This document shows positions 63,015 to 64,000 of a stretch of 64,000 nucleotides of DNA, piece after piece. The stretch lies in IMG/VR virus record IMGVR_UViG_3300018475_001835; one strand, written 5' to 3'. The notes beneath the pieces are model-generated. The model saw nothing but the letters and a program-made list of their open reading frames with translations, searched no databases and had not been told where the DNA came from. The position numbers and the translations under genes are program-made. Source of the DNA: an uncultured virus (IMG/VR IMGVR_UViG_3300018475_001835). Its lineage: Duplodnaviria; Heunggongvirae; Uroviricota; Caudoviricetes. Numbering within the stretch: position 1 is the first letter of the stretch; every line of letters starts with the position of its first letter.

Positions 63015-64000
63015 ATGATTTTTAACGAGATGAAATCTAACACAGATTCTGATGTTATTGTTAATGAGAGCCCTTATGAACTTGGTATCGGCGGCGCTCT
63101 TATGCATGTATATGAAAATGAATGCAATTATAACGCTCTTATGAAAGCTGCTGCTCTCAGCGAGCTTAAATATTATAATGAAAATGGTGGCGACCTCTTT
63201 GTTCAGGAAGCTGGTGCATTCTCAGGTTTCTTAGCTAAGATTAAGGCATTCTTCCTCAAGGTTATTGAGAAGATTAAGAGCATTGCTCATAAGTTCATGG
63301 CTAAGGTTAATCAGTACACAATGTCTGATAAGGACTTTGTTAAGAAATACCAGACAGAAATCCTTAGACGTGATCTTAAGGATTTTGAATTCACTGGTTA
63401 TAAATTCCCCAAATTCAATGCTGGCATTGAAAAAGATAATAAAGTATTAGTTAATGGTATTCCTGCTAAGGATGCAGATCAGGATACACTTAATGAAGTT
63501 ATTGAGAAGAATCGTGGTAAAATCGTTGGTGGTTCTGCAATGACAGAGTCTGAGTATCGTGATGCTCTTAAAGAAAAATTATACGGTGATAAGGATTCAT
63601 TCCCTGTAGTTATTCGTGAGCAGTTTGATATTATTACTAAAACTAAAGATGATATTAAAGCTGTTGAGGATGATAAGAAATCTATCATTAAAGCTATCGA
63701 GGATATCATCAAGGCTACTGAGAATACATGGAAAGCTGATAATAAAGCTCTTAACGATACAGTTAAAGATTTAAAGGATGACGTTAAAGAAGAGAAAGAG
63801 GCTGCTCTTAAGCTTCTTGATCATCAGGTTTATGTATGGAAAGCATACTCAAATGACTTGACTGTATACTTTGGTGCTAAGGCTAAGTCACTTGTTGACA
63901 GAAACCGTCAGGCTAAAGCTATCTGTGTTAAGGCTCTTTCATACAAAGCTAAGAATGAATCTGCTTCTGTAGAAGAGAGTGCTTATGGCAATATCTTTGC
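63015..64000 (+). CDS. Paralogue of 61699..62982 (3' truncated by window)
   Basis: SD aggagg, ATG 63015; MIFN...FVQEAGAFSGFLAKIKAFFLKVIEKIKSI...KKYQTEILR...VEESAYGNIF; open to the window end; not in the ORF track. Confidence 0.8.
   Translation, partial: MIFNEMKSNTDSDVIVNESPYELGIGGALMHVYENECNYNALMKAAALSELKYYNENGGDLFVQEAGAFSGFLAKIKAFFLKVIEKIKSIAHKFMAKVNQYTMSDKDFVKKYQTEILRRDLKDFEFTGYKFPKFNAGIEKDNKVLVNGIPAKDADQDTLNEVIEKNRGKIVGGSAMTESEYRDALKEKLYGDKDSFPVVIREQFDIITKTKDDIKAVEDDKKSIIKAIEDIIKATENTWKADNKALNDTVKDLKDDVKEEKEAALKLLDHQVYVWKAYSNDLTVYFGAKAKSLVDRNRQAKAICVKALSYKAKNESASVEESAYGNIF

Noticed and set aside
1..64000. Genome-wide stop-codon reassignment (code 4/15/25)
   Set aside because: TAA, TAG and TGA all end genes followed by SD-led or coupled starts, and very long ORFs are intact in the standard code. 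Only one gene has internal stops, and they are of two kinds.
1..64000. CRISPR array, tRNA, rRNA, IS/integrase, intron or intein
   Set aside because: No regularly spaced repeat-spacer units, cloverleafs, transposase/integrase motifs or splicing signatures recognised by eye; tRNAscan and Infernal were not run.
31746..64000. Phage-nucleus (chimallin) or tubulin genes
   Set aside because: No recognisable motif in this window; RNAP relatedness alone does not imply a nucleus.

Overview
A 64 kb segment of a very AT-rich (roughly 25-30% GC by eye) jumbo myophage, probably infecting a Firmicute/Clostridia host (strong AGGAGG Shine-Dalgarno sites; SLH and CW_7 cell-wall-binding domains). It looks AR9/PBS1/phiKZ-like because it encodes its own multisubunit RNA polymerase beta-type subunit. 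The left half (1-31.7 kb) is a large accessory fibre/adhesin cluster: Mtd_N-like proteins, BspA-type LRR, YadA-like repeats, a CBM, two GT2 glycosyltransferases, two CotH-type kinase domains and a metallophosphoesterase, plus two lysins and a macrodomain gene. The right half is the virion core: RNAP beta, a 3786-aa tape-measure/lysin protein, baseplate and tube-like proteins, a RusA-like resolvase and paralogous head proteins. Main observations: (1) the motif (A/T)ACA-N6-TA precedes most transcription-unit starts on both strands and matches the AR9 late-promoter consensus, which AR9 reads in a uracil-dependent way; (2) one 2.6-kaa LamG-CotH-LRR reading frame is interrupted by two in-frame stops (TAA 24084, TGA 24621); (3) many short fibre genes share recurring N- and C-terminal peptides, suggesting a modular docking kit that also carries modifying enzymes; (4) recurring YGxG and (N/H)AxGT motifs sit at domain borders of the tape measure, which has a C39-like peptidase; (5) an orphan gene is enclosed by a ~25-bp imperfect inverted repeat. 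All family calls are by-eye motif recognition; no database searches were run.
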